From positions 460,451-524,450 of the forward strand of contig JAHPZH010000003.1 in NCBI GenBank assembly GCA_019058315.1: a DNA stretch of 64,000 nt, given 5' to 3'. Made by a program: the position numbers and the translations under genes. The notes under the pieces are model-generated. The model searched no databases, was not told the origin of the DNA, and saw nothing but the letters and a program-made list of their open reading frames with translations. Positions 10,525 through 21,341 of the stretch are shown in pieces; within the stretch, counting starts at the first letter, position 1, and each line of letters starts with the position of its first letter. This stretch comes from Candidatus Helarchaeota archaeon (GTDB lineage Archaea > Asgardarchaeota > Lokiarchaeia > Helarchaeales > RDOG01).

Positions 10525-12123
10525 TTGAGAAGAAATAAAACAATTTTATTTATCTTTGGACTATCAATTACATTTGTTCTTTTCTTTTCCGTTGTTCTTC
10601 ATTCTCAAGTGATCGGCAATTCAATTAACGGAAACGCAAATAGCTTAATCCCACATAGTGGAGATTCGGACGAACTTTATGCTCTTAATGGAGCTTTCAA
10701 TGTTACAGAGGGATTATCTTGGGTAAATGAATTTACTGTTATCAATAACACTTATTTGGCCACCAACTTAACTGTTGGAGATAGACTTCGTTTTACTATA
10801 ACAGACATAAATATCTCTACTGTAGATATTAGTGGAAGTCCGAATACGGGAGAAACTGTATTCAGTAAGATTGAATTATTTAATAGCACGTCAGGAGACT
10901 GGGACTTTGATCCTTCTCAACCAGAATCGTTATTGAGCATATATAATAGCACGGATAATTTAAATTTACCTAGTATGCTTGGAACCTATAAATGGTATAC
11001 TCCTTTGATTGAAGCAAGTATTAATTTTTTTCATGCTATATATTATGATTGTATTCCTTCAGACTTTAGTGCAGCTAATCACACCATAGTAAATACTACC
11101 TATACATTACTTACAATGGGTGGATCGACAACCTTCAATCATGTTTTTACACCTGGTGTTTCATCAAATTGGACTATATGGAATGGAACTGCAGGAAATG
11201 ACGGATCAGAGCCTGGTACCTATAAAATGGTATTTGTATTCAATAATATGGGAGTTTGTACATTAAGTCAATTGTATAAAAATGGAACAAGTTGGGACTT
11301 AATATTAGAAATTAAAAATCTAAGAATGGGTCCATCATATCCATTTGACCTTGGAAATATTTTAGGCACTTATAAATACAAAGTAACTAAAGCAGATCCT
11401 TCAGGAAATGTTCCAGTCCTTGCATCAGTAGGAGATACATTTCGGAGTACTGTCCATAATATTTTTAATTTCGATATTGGTGGTGGTGAATTTGCGGACT
11501 TTGCTAATGGTTCATGGAGTTATTATAATAGTACAGATGGCACTACACTAAAACTTAATAATTTAGCCTTATCTGTGTATAATAATACCAAATCGTTTAG
11601 TGCTATGAGTTTACCATTTCAATATTATAGTGAAGAACTAGATGCATTTATGAACGTAGTAAATTCATTTTCTTTCAATTTTATCCCGTTAGACTTCTTT
11701 GCAGCAAACCATACTATTGTAAATATTACTCGTTTTGGATTGAGAATGGGCGACCCGGCAACTGAAATCCACTATAATTATTCTCAAGATCTTTCAACGA
11801 ACAATATTGCAGGGACTTGGACTATTTGGAATGGCACTGCAGGCAATGACGGGACAGAATCAAATACTATATTAATGACAATTACTTTCAATAGCCAGGG
11901 AGTACGTACTACACAACGGATGTATTCAAATGGAACAACAGGTTGGAAGTTGATGTTTGAAATGGTTCTTGAAGAAGAAGGAGAAGCACTTCCAATCGGA
12001 TTACTACTTGCTATGTTTGGTGGTGGCGGAGGTATAGGTATGACGGAGATTCTTATAATAGCGTTGATTGCTGGAATTGCTGTTATTGTATTGATAATAG
12101 CCATTACGAAAGCAAGAGGATAA
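10525..12123 (+). CDS. Secreted, C-terminally anchored surface glycoprotein (2 related ~220-aa modules)
   Basis: TTG start with AGGAG; N-terminal signal/TM; many N-x-S/T sequons; repeated WNGTAGNDG.E motif; C-terminal TM plus basic tail. Confidence 0.85.
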   Translation: MRRNKTILFIFGLSITFVLFFSVVLHSQVIGNSINGNANSLIPHSGDSDELYALNGAFNVTEGLSWVNEFTVINNTYLATNLTVGDRLRFTITDINISTVDISGSPNTGETVFSKIELFNSTSGDWDFDPSQPESLLSIYNSTDNLNLPSMLGTYKWYTPLIEASINFFHAIYYDCIPSDFSAANHTIVNTTYTLLTMGGSTTFNHVFTPGVSSNWTIWNGTAGNDGSEPGTYKMVFVFNNMGVCTLSQLYKNGTSWDLILEIKNLRMGPSYPFDLGNILGTYKYKVTKADPSGNVPVLASVGDTFRSTVHNIFNFDIGGGEFADFANGSWSYYNSTDGTTLKLNNLALSVYNNTKSFSAMSLPFQYYSEELDAFMNVVNSFSFNFIPLDFFAANHTIVNITRFGLRMGDPATEIHYNYSQDLSTNNIAGTWTIWNGTAGNDGTESNTILMTITFNSQGVRTTQRMYSNGTTGWKLMFEMVLEEEGEALPIGLLLAMFGGGGGIGMTEILIIALIAGIAVIVLIIAITKARG

Positions 12124-12175
12124 CTTCATTTAAAACTTTTTTTTAATTTTTTAATTCTTTTTATTTTTTTTCATA
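12124..12175 (+). terminator. Oligo-T tract terminator (archaeal type)
   Basis: Several T5-T8 runs immediately after the stop codon. Confidence 0.4.
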
Positions 12176-12272
12176 TTTAGATTTGATTTATTTTGTAAAA
12201 AAATTTTTATTCCAAAAAAAAATAAATAGAACTACTTCTCTTAAAAAAATTAATTATATAGGAGAAAATAAA

Positions 12273-14810
12273 TTGAGAAAAAATAAAACTAGTTTATTTA
12301 TCTTTGGACTATCAATTACATTAGTTATTTTCTTTTCCATTGGTCTTCATTCTCAAATGATCGGCAATTCAATTAACGGAAACGCGAATGGCTTAATTCC
12401 ACGTAGGGGAGATTCGGATGAACTTTATGCTCTTAATGGATCTTTCAATGTTACTCAAGGATTGTCTTGGTTAAATGAAATTACTGTTCTCGATGACACT
12501 TTTTTGGACAACAACTTAACTGTTGGTGATAGAATTCGTTTTACTATAACAGAGATAAATAGCTCTACCGTAAATATTAGTGGAAGTTTGAATACTGGAG
12601 AGACTGTATTCGCTAAGTCTGAGTATTTTAATAGTACATCAGGAGACTGGAATCTTGATGAAAATCAGTCAGAATCGTTGTTGAGCATTTATAACGGCAC
12701 AGATAGTATTAATTTACCTTTTATGCCTGGAACCTATAATTGGTATACTCCATTGATTGAAATAGGTATGAACTTTTTTCATACTCCATATTATGATTGT
12801 CTTCCTTCAGACTTTAGTGCAGCTAATCATACTATAGTGAATTCTTCCTATGTAATATTTTTAATGTCTGGATCGACAACCTTTAATTTTAATTATACAA
12901 CATCTGGTAATTTATCAATTTGGAATATATGGAATGGCACTGCAGGAAATAATGGATCAGAGCCTAATAGCTATAGAATGGTACATGTTTTCAATAATAT
13001 GGGAGTTTGTACATTAAGCCAATTTTATATAAATGGAACAAGTTGGGATTTAGTATTTGAAATAAAAAATCTAAGAATGGGTCCAGCATATCCATTTGAC
13101 TTCGGTAATATAATAGGTAATTATAAATACAACGTTACTGTAGCAAATAATTCAGCAAATTTTCCTATAATTATGACTGCAGGAGATACAATCTATAATA
13201 CAATCCAAACTATAATACCTAATTTTGATCTTGGTTCTGGTGATTTTGCGGATACAGCTCTTGGTATTTGGGAATATATTAATAGCACGGATGGTTCTAA
13301 CGAAACATCTCCAGTTGTCGGCATGGCTTCGTATAATAAAACAAATTCATTTGATGTAGGAATACCATGTCAATATATGTCTGTTGATCTCGATGCATTT
13401 TTTACGTATTTTCAAATGATCTCTTTCAATTTTATTCCATTAGACTTCTTTGCAGTAAACCATACGATAATAAATTTTACTCGTTTTGTATTTAGAATGG
13501 GCGACCCAGCAACCGTAGTCCACTACAATTATTCTCAAGATCTTTCAACTAATAATATAGCAGGGACTTGGACTGTTTGGAATGGAACTGCAGGGAATGA
13601 CGGGACGGAACCAGGTACTATATTAGCGACAATTACTTTCAATAGCCAAGGAGTTCGTACTATACAACGAATGTATCAAAGTGGAGCATCGGGTTGGGAG
13701 TTAATCCTTGAAATTGTACTTCAAGAACCCTATATAGTTTCAGTTTCAAGAGATCCATCTAGCCCAAGTAACCTGGATTCGGTTAATGTCTCTGTCCATA
13801 TTTCCGATACTGAAGGAGTAGACACTGTTTTAATCAATTCAAATCATACAGGTACCCCATTAAATTATGAAATGAACTTCCTATCAGGCAGTTATCAAGA
13901 TGGTTATTGGAACTATACTATTCCTGCCTGTTCCGCTGGATCTATAATTACTTATTCAATCTGGGCGAATGATACATCTAACAATACAGACACTGCTGGC
14001 CCCTACCAATATCTCATAAGTGCCATATATCCATATGACTTTGGTAATATTTTGGGCACTTATACATACAGGGTTACTGCTGTAAATCCGGTTTTTTATT
14101 TTCCTGTTGTTGTCGGAGACATGTTCTATGGTTCTGTTATTAATATATTACGTGACGTTGATCTCGGTGCTGGGGATTATGCGGACGTTGCGAATGGTAC
14201 ATGGAGTTATTATAATAGCACAGATTATTCGACTACAAATTATACAGATGTATTTCTATCTGTATACAACCACACACATTCATTTAATTCTCCCTTTGGT
14301 ATACACCATTATGTTACAGTATTAACATCGATTATGATGAATTATGGAATAATGAATTTCAATTTTCTTCCTTTAGACTTCTTTGCAGCTAATGAGACTA
14401 TTGTAAATGTGATTCATACAGTATTGATAATGAGTGACCCAGCAAGTGAATGCCACTATAGTTTTACTCATGATCTTTCTACTACCAGTATTGCGGGAAC
14501 ATGGAATATTTGGAATGGAACTGCAGCGAATAACGGGACTGAACCAGGCACTTATTTACTTAGTTTTACTTTCAACAGTAATGGAATACTTACTTTGGAG
14601 CGTATGTACGTAAATGGAACTTCGGATTGGGAATTAATACTTGAACTTACCCTTATAAAAGAAGAAGGAGGAGAAGCTCCGCTTGGCTTATTATTAGCAG
14701 CTTTAACTGGTGGTGGCGGAGATATGGGGATGATGATTCTTATAATAGCAGTAATTGCCGGAATTGCCATTGCCGTTATATCAATAGCTATTGTAAAAGC
14801 GAAAAAATAA
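12273..14810 (+). CDS. Surface glycoprotein paralog (3 modules plus an Ig/FN3-like insert)
   Basis: Start moved to TTG 12273, same AGGAGAAAATAAA-TTG context as the paralog at 10525; clear similarity to the upstream gene; ~100-aa insert between modules 2 and 3. Confidence 0.85.
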   Translation: MRKNKTSLFIFGLSITLVIFFSIGLHSQMIGNSINGNANGLIPRRGDSDELYALNGSFNVTQGLSWLNEITVLDDTFLDNNLTVGDRIRFTITEINSSTVNISGSLNTGETVFAKSEYFNSTSGDWNLDENQSESLLSIYNGTDSINLPFMPGTYNWYTPLIEIGMNFFHTPYYDCLPSDFSAANHTIVNSSYVIFLMSGSTTFNFNYTTSGNLSIWNIWNGTAGNNGSEPNSYRMVHVFNNMGVCTLSQFYINGTSWDLVFEIKNLRMGPAYPFDFGNIIGNYKYNVTVANNSANFPIIMTAGDTIYNTIQTIIPNFDLGSGDFADTALGIWEYINSTDGSNETSPVVGMASYNKTNSFDVGIPCQYMSVDLDAFFTYFQMISFNFIPLDFFAVNHTIINFTRFVFRMGDPATVVHYNYSQDLSTNNIAGTWTVWNGTAGNDGTEPGTILATITFNSQGVRTIQRMYQSGASGWELILEIVLQEPYIVSVSRDPSSPSNLDSVNVSVHISDTEGVDTVLINSNHTGTPLNYEMNFLSGSYQDGYWNYTIPACSAGSIITYSIWANDTSNNTDTAGPYQYLISAIYPYDFGNILGTYTYRVTAVNPVFYFPVVVGDMFYGSVINILRDVDLGAGDYADVANGTWSYYNSTDYSTTNYTDVFLSVYNHTHSFNSPFGIHHYVTVLTSIMMNYGIMNFNFLPLDFFAANETIVNVIHTVLIMSDPASECHYSFTHDLSTTSIAGTWNIWNGTAANNGTEPGTYLLSFTFNSNGILTLERMYVNGTSDWELILELTLIKEEGGEAPLGLLLAALTGGGGDMGMMILIIAVIAGIAIAVISIAIVKAKK

Positions 14811-14947
14811 CTTCATTTATTCTTTTTTTTTATTATTTATATCCGAACTTTTCTCATTTCATTATTTTTTTTAATTTAGCGATTATTTTAAAATATATTT
14901 TTCGTAATTATACTTATTAGACCATAGAATTAGGATCTGGTAGAAAA

Positions 14948-17275
14948 ATGACACTGGCTAAAGATTTTAGTGATGAACAATCACAATCTCGCTCAAAAAA
15001 GATGAAAGAGCGGATTTTAAATGAAAAACATCGAATTTGTATCGAAAGAGCGAGGTTATTAACAGAATCTTATAAAAAAACTGAGGGAGAACACCCTTAT
15101 ATACGGTTCTCAAAGGCGTTTAAAAATGTCCTTGAAAATATGACTATTTTTATCCAAGATGATGAATTAATAGTGGGTAATAGGACGAGTAAGCCTTTGG
15201 GGGGACCACTTTATCCAGAAATCAGAGTTGATTGGATCCAAAGTGATATAGACTCTATTTCAGAAAGGGAAATACAGCCACAATATATATCAGAAGAAGA
15301 TAGAAAGGAATTAAAGGAAAAAATTTTACCATATTGGGTAGATAAGACAATTCAGTATAAATTTACACAAAAAATGGACGAACAAATGCGTCAAGATTAT
15401 ATTAATATGGTTTTTATTTCTGAGGTTCAAATGATTAACGGGATCGGTCATTTAGTCCTTAATCATGAAAAGATAATTAGTAGAGGGATAAAAAGTATAA
15501 TAGAAGAGGCAAAAAAAAGGAGAGAATATTTTAAGAATAATAATGAACTTGAAAGAGCTGCTTTTTTAGATGCATTAATTATTTCATCACAAGCGGCAAT
15601 TAATTTTGCTAAAAGGTATTCAAAAAGAGCCGCAGAAATGGCTGAAATCGAAAAAGATGAGATAAGAAAAAATGAATTAAAAAAAATAGCAGAAATTTGT
15701 GATTGGATTCCAGAGAATCCTGCTAGATCTTTTTACGAAGCCTTACAAGCCTTATGGTTTAACCAATTACTCGTTCAAATTGAACAAGGGGGAGTTGCTA
15801 TCTCTGTGGGGAGATTTGACAAAATCCTATACCCTTACTATAAGAAAGACCTAGAAAAAGGTTTTATAACGCCGGAAAAGGCTCAAGAATTAATTGAATG
15901 TTTTTTTATCAAAATGTCTGAAATTAATAATGTTCTTTTAAGCATGGGACTAACTGCCGGAGAAGGACCCCCAACAGCTCAAAACTTAATTATCGGGGGA
16001 ATTGGTGAGGATGGAGAGGATATAACAAACGAATTGACATATTTAACTTTAGATGCTTATGCAAATATTCATACTTATCAGCCAAATTTTTCAGTAAGGG
16101 TAAGTAAGAAATCACCACCCGAATTTCTGGAAAGAGTAGCCAAATACCTAATTCAGGGAACGATGATGGAACTCTTTGGAGACGAAGTTATTATAAATGC
16201 TATGATTAACAGGGGTTATAATAAAAAAGACGCAATGGATTATGCCATTGCCGGATGTGTAGAACCGAATGCTCCAGGGTTTACTTTTGGTTCCACAAAT
16301 TCCAATCAATTTAATTCTCCATTAGCTTTAGATTATGCTTTAAAGAAATTAAAGGAAGCAGATACTTTTGACGATATAATGGATGCATATAAAAAAGAAT
16401 TGAAGCATTATACAAATATAGTAGTAGATGTCATGCGTCTTCTAGATGAGACCTTCGCTGAGAATGTTCCTTCTCCGTATATTTCCATGAATGTGGATAA
16501 TTGTATTCAAAATGGCAAAGATGTGACTCAAGGAGGAGCTAAATATAATTTTACAGGACCTCAATTAATCGGACTCTCAACTACAGCAGATGCTCTCGCA
16601 GTTATTAAAAAATTTGTATTTGATGAGCCTACATTCACGTTAGATGAAATTAAAAAGATGTTAAAAAAGAATTTTAGAAAAAATAAAGATGTTAGGCAAC
16701 TATTCATAAATAAAGCCCCTAAGTTTGGAAATGATGATGATTATGTAGATAAAATTGCTTGTGAAATAGCTGAAATCTACGCTAATGAAATTAATCCACA
16801 TAAAAATTATCGGGGAGGGTATTTTAATCCAGGTTTATATTCAACAACATTTTATATGGCATTTGGATCATTCTTAGAAGCCAGTGCAGATGGCAGAAAA
16901 GCGGCAGAACCGATAGGAAATGGTGTTGGTCCTACAAATAATATGGATAAATTAGGTCCAACTGCAATAATAAAATCAGCAGCAAAAATAAATCAAGAAA
17001 ATCTGTGTAATGGAACCGTACTGAATTTAAGATTTCACCCCAGTTCAATAGAAATGGATTCATTAGTAGATTTAGTGAACACATACTTTAATCTTGGGGG
17101 TTCTCAAGTTCAATTTAACATTGTATCTCCAGAAATTTTAAAAGATGCACAACTTAATCCCGATAATTATAAAGGTCTTCTTGTGAGAATTGCTGGATAT
17201 TCTGTTTTGTTTACTCAATTATCTAAGGCTGCACAAGACGAAATAATTTCTCGTACAGAACTTAAATGTTCATAA
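14948..17275 (+). CDS. Glycyl radical enzyme (PflD/HypD-like clade, substrate unknown)
   Basis: 775 aa; ICIERARLLTESY, Cys loop IAGCVEP, Gly loop LLVRIAGYS. Confidence 0.93.
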   Translation: MTLAKDFSDEQSQSRSKKMKERILNEKHRICIERARLLTESYKKTEGEHPYIRFSKAFKNVLENMTIFIQDDELIVGNRTSKPLGGPLYPEIRVDWIQSDIDSISEREIQPQYISEEDRKELKEKILPYWVDKTIQYKFTQKMDEQMRQDYINMVFISEVQMINGIGHLVLNHEKIISRGIKSIIEEAKKRREYFKNNNELERAAFLDALIISSQAAINFAKRYSKRAAEMAEIEKDEIRKNELKKIAEICDWIPENPARSFYEALQALWFNQLLVQIEQGGVAISVGRFDKILYPYYKKDLEKGFITPEKAQELIECFFIKMSEINNVLLSMGLTAGEGPPTAQNLIIGGIGEDGEDITNELTYLTLDAYANIHTYQPNFSVRVSKKSPPEFLERVAKYLIQGTMMELFGDEVIINAMINRGYNKKDAMDYAIAGCVEPNAPGFTFGSTNSNQFNSPLALDYALKKLKEADTFDDIMDAYKKELKHYTNIVVDVMRLLDETFAENVPSPYISMNVDNCIQNGKDVTQGGAKYNFTGPQLIGLSTTADALAVIKKFVFDEPTFTLDEIKKMLKKNFRKNKDVRQLFINKAPKFGNDDDYVDKIACEIAEIYANEINPHKNYRGGYFNPGLYSTTFYMAFGSFLEASADGRKAAEPIGNGVGPTNNMDKLGPTAIIKSAAKINQENLCNGTVLNLRFHPSSIEMDSLVDLVNTYFNLGGSQVQFNIVSPEILKDAQLNPDNYKGLLVRIAGYSVLFTQLSKAAQDEIISRTELKCS

Positions 17276-17318
17276 TATGAAATTTTACTTAAACTTGATA
17301 ATAAATTAGGGAATTTAT

Positions 17319-17522
17319 TTGGATAAAATAACAATAATACTGATTATAATTTCAAATATTTTAGTTGGAATAATCGCTTTTTTTTCCATAACTTTGATAT
17401 TTTTTCCACAATATCAACCTCTTGACAGATTATATACCATAATTATTATAGTTATTTGTATCATAGTATTAGCACTTATTTGGTCACCAGATATTTTAGA
17501 AGTTTTGTGGTTTATTAGATAG
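17319..17522 (+). CDS. Small 2-TM hypothetical protein
   Basis: 67 aa, two hydrophobic helices, fills the intergenic gap. Confidence 0.5.
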   Translation: MDKITIILIIISNILVGIIAFFSITLIFFPQYQPLDRLYTIIIIVICIIVLALIWSPDILEVLWFIR

Positions 17523-17567
17523 TTTATTATGATCTTGATAAATTAACAAATTAGTTGAATTAAATTA

Positions 17568-18443
17568 TTGAAGATGAGAATTATGAGTAGTGAATGGAAT
17601 CACAATTACATTAAAACTAATAATATTAATATGCACTATGTTACTCAAGGCGAGGGGCAATTAATGGTTCTTTTACATGGTTTTCCAGAATTCTGGTATT
17701 CATGGAGATTTCAAATTAAAGAACTTGGCAAATACTTTAAAGTGGTCGCTCCAGATTTGCGTGGATATAACAAGACCGACAAGCCAGAAGGGGTCGAGAA
17801 TTATAAAATTAATATTTTAATAAATGACATCTTAGGTCTGGTAAAAGGTCTTGGAGAAGAAAAGGCTATCATAGTAGGACACGATTGGGGAGGGGCTATA
17901 AGTTGGGAATATGCAAAATGCTTTCCAGATAATACTGAAAAATTAATTATTTTAAATTGTCCACCTATTAATGTCCTCCAAAAAGCAATGGGAACAAATA
18001 AAGAACAAGCTAGACGTTCTCAGTATATCGTCTTCTTTCAACAGCCTGAAGCTCCAGAACAGATGTTAAGTGCCAGCAACTATGCTGGACTAAAATCGAC
18101 ATATAAAAGTATGGCTGTAAAGAAAGAGCTTTGGGATAAAGAAACCTTAGATAAATTTGTAGAAGCTTTAAAATTACCTACTCTTTCATGTGGTATTAAT
18201 TATTATCGTGCGTCGTTCCAATTTCCAATGAGGGCAAAACAACGGAAATTAAAGGTAAAATGTCCAACTTTAGTTATTTGGGGAGAACAAGATAATGCAC
18301 TTGGAAAGGAATTAACTTATCATTTTCCAGAAATAGTAGAAGGACCCTATACAATTAAATATATTCCCACAGCAGGACATTGGGTTCAACAGGAAGAACC
18401 TGAGTTAGTAAATAAATACCTTTTAGAATTTTTGGGAGTCTAA
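17568..18443 (+). CDS. Alpha/beta hydrolase, epoxide hydrolase-like
   Basis: HGFP oxyanion motif, GHDWGG nucleophile Asp, catalytic GHW. Confidence 0.92.
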   Translation: MKMRIMSSEWNHNYIKTNNINMHYVTQGEGQLMVLLHGFPEFWYSWRFQIKELGKYFKVVAPDLRGYNKTDKPEGVENYKINILINDILGLVKGLGEEKAIIVGHDWGGAISWEYAKCFPDNTEKLIILNCPPINVLQKAMGTNKEQARRSQYIVFFQQPEAPEQMLSASNYAGLKSTYKSMAVKKELWDKETLDKFVEALKLPTLSCGINYYRASFQFPMRAKQRKLKVKCPTLVIWGEQDNALGKELTYHFPEIVEGPYTIKYIPTAGHWVQQEEPELVNKYLLEFLGV

Positions 18444-18451
18444 AATCCTAT

Positions 18452-19084
18452 TCAAATTGTAAATACTATAGGAGGGTTAAGTTCGGACCCAAAACCCATA
18501 ACTGCTGATGAATTTATGAATGTAATTTCAGAATCATCAATTTTTTCTTTAAATATTCCATAACTCTCGTGAATGTGGCCGAAAATATGGTATTTTGGTT
18601 TTATTCGACTGATTGCTGCTGTAAGTAAATCCCTTGATCCAAGATGTTTATTCCTCCTTGTCAAATCTCCAATCCCAAAGGGAGGGAAATGTGTAATTAA
18701 TATATCTATCCCTGTTGGAATTAATTCCCATATTCCTTGAAGATTTTTTTGATTTTTTTTGCGATTTATTTGATCTACTAACCAATATTGCCATGATGTT
18801 CCCCAAATTTTTATATTTTCAATTTCTAATAATCCATGTTGTAAATAAGTTGCATTTGTTATCAATTCTGAAAGTTTTTCAGGAGGCATATCATGGTTAC
18901 CATCAATAATAATTTTATAATTATGAGGTAATCCACCTAAAAAATGATTAAAATCAATTAATGTCTTTTCACGATCGGATATATCACCTGCAAAAATGAA
19001 AATATCTCCATCTGGAATTTCTAGATTACTATGCATTCCATGGGTATCGGATGTACATACAACCTTCAAAATATATTGCTCCAA
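18452..19084 (-). CDS. Metallophosphoesterase (MPPED/239FB-like)
   Basis: SDTH, AGD, GNHD, THFPP, GHIHE motifs. Confidence 0.9.
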   Translation of the reverse strand: MEQYILKVVCTSDTHGMHSNLEIPDGDIFIFAGDISDREKTLIDFNHFLGGLPHNYKIIIDGNHDMPPEKLSELITNATYLQHGLLEIENIKIWGTSWQYWLVDQINRKKNQKNLQGIWELIPTGIDILITHFPPFGIGDLTRRNKHLGSRDLLTAAISRIKPKYHIFGHIHESYGIFKEKIDDSEITFINSSAVMGFGSELNPPIVFTI

Positions 19085-19182
19085 AATAAAAAAGAAATTT
19101 ACAAATTTATATTTCTGTTAGGGTAAATAAAAACAGTCAGAAATTTTTAGAATTCAAATTAATTCTGTCATTTCAATAGATT

Positions 19183-20358
19183 TTGAGAGAAAACAAATTG
19201 TCTGCAATAGTTAATAAAATCAAGAATATTAAAAGTAAGAAGGCACAGGAAGCAATTGAAAAATTACGTAAAAATTTCACCATATTTCCTACTGATCTTA
19301 AAATAAATGATAAGGGACAGTTAATAAAATTTGTATTAAATAAGAAAGGTCATTACTTTAGAAGAATTCCTGCGGGATTTAATGACTTTCCCGATTTGAT
19401 ACATTTAATTCTTTCAGAAAATGAGATAAATGAAATACAATATTTAGAAAACCTCACAAAATTAGAAAAATTGTATTTCTTTAAAAATAAGATAAAAAAA
19501 ATTGAGGGATTGGAGAATCTATCCAAATTAAAGGTACTGAATATAGCTCATAACCAACTTACAAAGATAGCCAATTTAGAAAATCTTTCGGAACTAAAAC
19601 AGTTAATTCTATACCAAAATAAAATCAAAAAGTTAGAGGGACTAGAAGGACTACCAAAATTAGAATTATTAAATTTTAGGAAGAATAAAATAACAAAAAT
19701 TGAAGCAATTAGTCATTTATCGCAATTAAAAAGTATAAGTCTGAGTTTTAATAATATTAAAAAAATAGAAGGATTAGATCAATTTCATAAATTAGAAGAA
19801 TTATATTTACGGCATAATCAAATTGAAAAAATAGAGGGATTGGATAATCTAACTAATTTAGAAATATTAGATCTTTCAGAAAATAAATTAATTAAAAAAA
19901 TTGAAGGATTAGACCATCTTACTAACCTAAAAATAATAGTATTGGGTAGTAATCAAATTAAAAAAATTGAAGGATTAGATAATCTATCAAATCTAGAACG
20001 TTTATGTCTTGATAAAAATCAAATAACTAGAATAGAGGGATTAGATCAACTTTCACAATTGAAAGATTTAGATTTATTATATAATCAGATTACACGATTA
20101 AAGGGAATAGAAAATCTTCTAAGCCTAAAAACTTTGAAAATTATTAAGAATAATTTAATAGCAGAAGATAAAAAAATTTATGATTCTGGTAGAACAGATA
20201 TCGTAAAGAGGTATAGGAAAAAGGTATTAAAAGAGCTAACTACAAGAGTTGAATTTTTACAAAGAAAAATGAATATGAAAGGATTAAGGTTAGTCGATTA
20301 TCAAAATATCAAAGAACAAATAGATGAAATATATAGGAGAATACAAGAATTCAACTAA
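19183..20358 (+). CDS. SDS22-like leucine-rich repeat protein
   Basis: About 11 x 22-aa NxIxKIEGLxxLxxLxxLxL repeats. Confidence 0.9.
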   Translation: MRENKLSAIVNKIKNIKSKKAQEAIEKLRKNFTIFPTDLKINDKGQLIKFVLNKKGHYFRRIPAGFNDFPDLIHLILSENEINEIQYLENLTKLEKLYFFKNKIKKIEGLENLSKLKVLNIAHNQLTKIANLENLSELKQLILYQNKIKKLEGLEGLPKLELLNFRKNKITKIEAISHLSQLKSISLSFNNIKKIEGLDQFHKLEELYLRHNQIEKIEGLDNLTNLEILDLSENKLIKKIEGLDHLTNLKIIVLGSNQIKKIEGLDNLSNLERLCLDKNQITRIEGLDQLSQLKDLDLLYNQITRLKGIENLLSLKTLKIIKNNLIAEDKKIYDSGRTDIVKRYRKKVLKELTTRVEFLQRKMNMKGLRLVDYQNIKEQIDEIYRRIQEFN

Positions 20359-20378
20359 TATTTCTATAATGAAAAAGG

Positions 20379-21323
20379 GTGGGAAAAATGAAAATAGCAG
20401 CAATACAAATGATGGCTGAGTTTGCAAATGTAGAAGCAAATCTTAAAATTACTAAAAGACTTGCTAATCAAGCCTTTTCTGAGGGTGCAGAGTGGGTGAT
20501 TCTACCTGAGTTTTTTACATCTGCAATGGGCTTCCATAAAAAAATGCTTGATGTAGCAAGACCCATTGATAGTAAACCTATGCAATTGCTTAAAAATCTG
20601 GCTGTTAAGCATAATGGTGTTGTAGGCGGTTCTTTTATAGCATATCGTGGAGAAGATTGTTATAACACATTTGTATTAACTTTTCCAGAAGGATCAACTT
20701 ATTTTCATGATAAAGATCAACCCACTATGTGGGAAAATTGTTATTATTTAGGAGGAACAGATGACGGAATATTAAAAACTAGAGTTGGTAATATTGGTGT
20801 TGCACTTTGTTGGGAATTTGTGCGTGCTCGTACAGTTAAACGGTTGTTGAATAAAGTAGATTTAATAGTGGGTGGATCCTGCTGGTGGACAGTTCCCGAA
20901 GAGCTTCCACAGGGGTTTTCTCTAAAAACTCACGAACGTAATGTGGAAATTATGAGTGAAACACCATCTAGATTCGCACGAATGCTTGGAGTTCCTGTTA
21001 TTCATTCCGCACATGCTGGAAATTTTGAAGGAGGGATGCCAAACATGCCTGATTTTATCTATAAATCTTATTATTTAGGCGATACTCAAATAGTAGATGG
21101 TAGTGGAAAAATACTCACTCGATTGAAACGTGAAGAGGGAGAAGGTATTATTATAGCAGATATAGATATAACAAAAAAGTGGACCCCATCTGAATCCATC
21201 CCTAATCGTTTTTGGATACCAGATTTACCACAAGAGCTTATATTATCATGGGAATTTTTGAATAAACATGGAGAGAATTATTACAGTACAAAAACAAAAC
21301 CTTATTTAAAGAAAAATAAGTAA
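20379..21323 (+). CDS. Carbon-nitrogen hydrolase (nitrilase superfamily)
   Basis: Glu-Lys-Cys triad: LPEFF, HDK, LCWE. Confidence 0.88.
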   Translation: MGKMKIAAIQMMAEFANVEANLKITKRLANQAFSEGAEWVILPEFFTSAMGFHKKMLDVARPIDSKPMQLLKNLAVKHNGVVGGSFIAYRGEDCYNTFVLTFPEGSTYFHDKDQPTMWENCYYLGGTDDGILKTRVGNIGVALCWEFVRARTVKRLLNKVDLIVGGSCWWTVPEELPQGFSLKTHERNVEIMSETPSRFARMLGVPVIHSAHAGNFEGGMPNMPDFIYKSYYLGDTQIVDGSGKILTRLKREEGEGIIIADIDITKKWTPSESIPNRFWIPDLPQELILSWEFLNKHGENYYSTKTKPYLKKNK

Positions 21324-21341
21324 TCTGAAAAAATAAGGATA

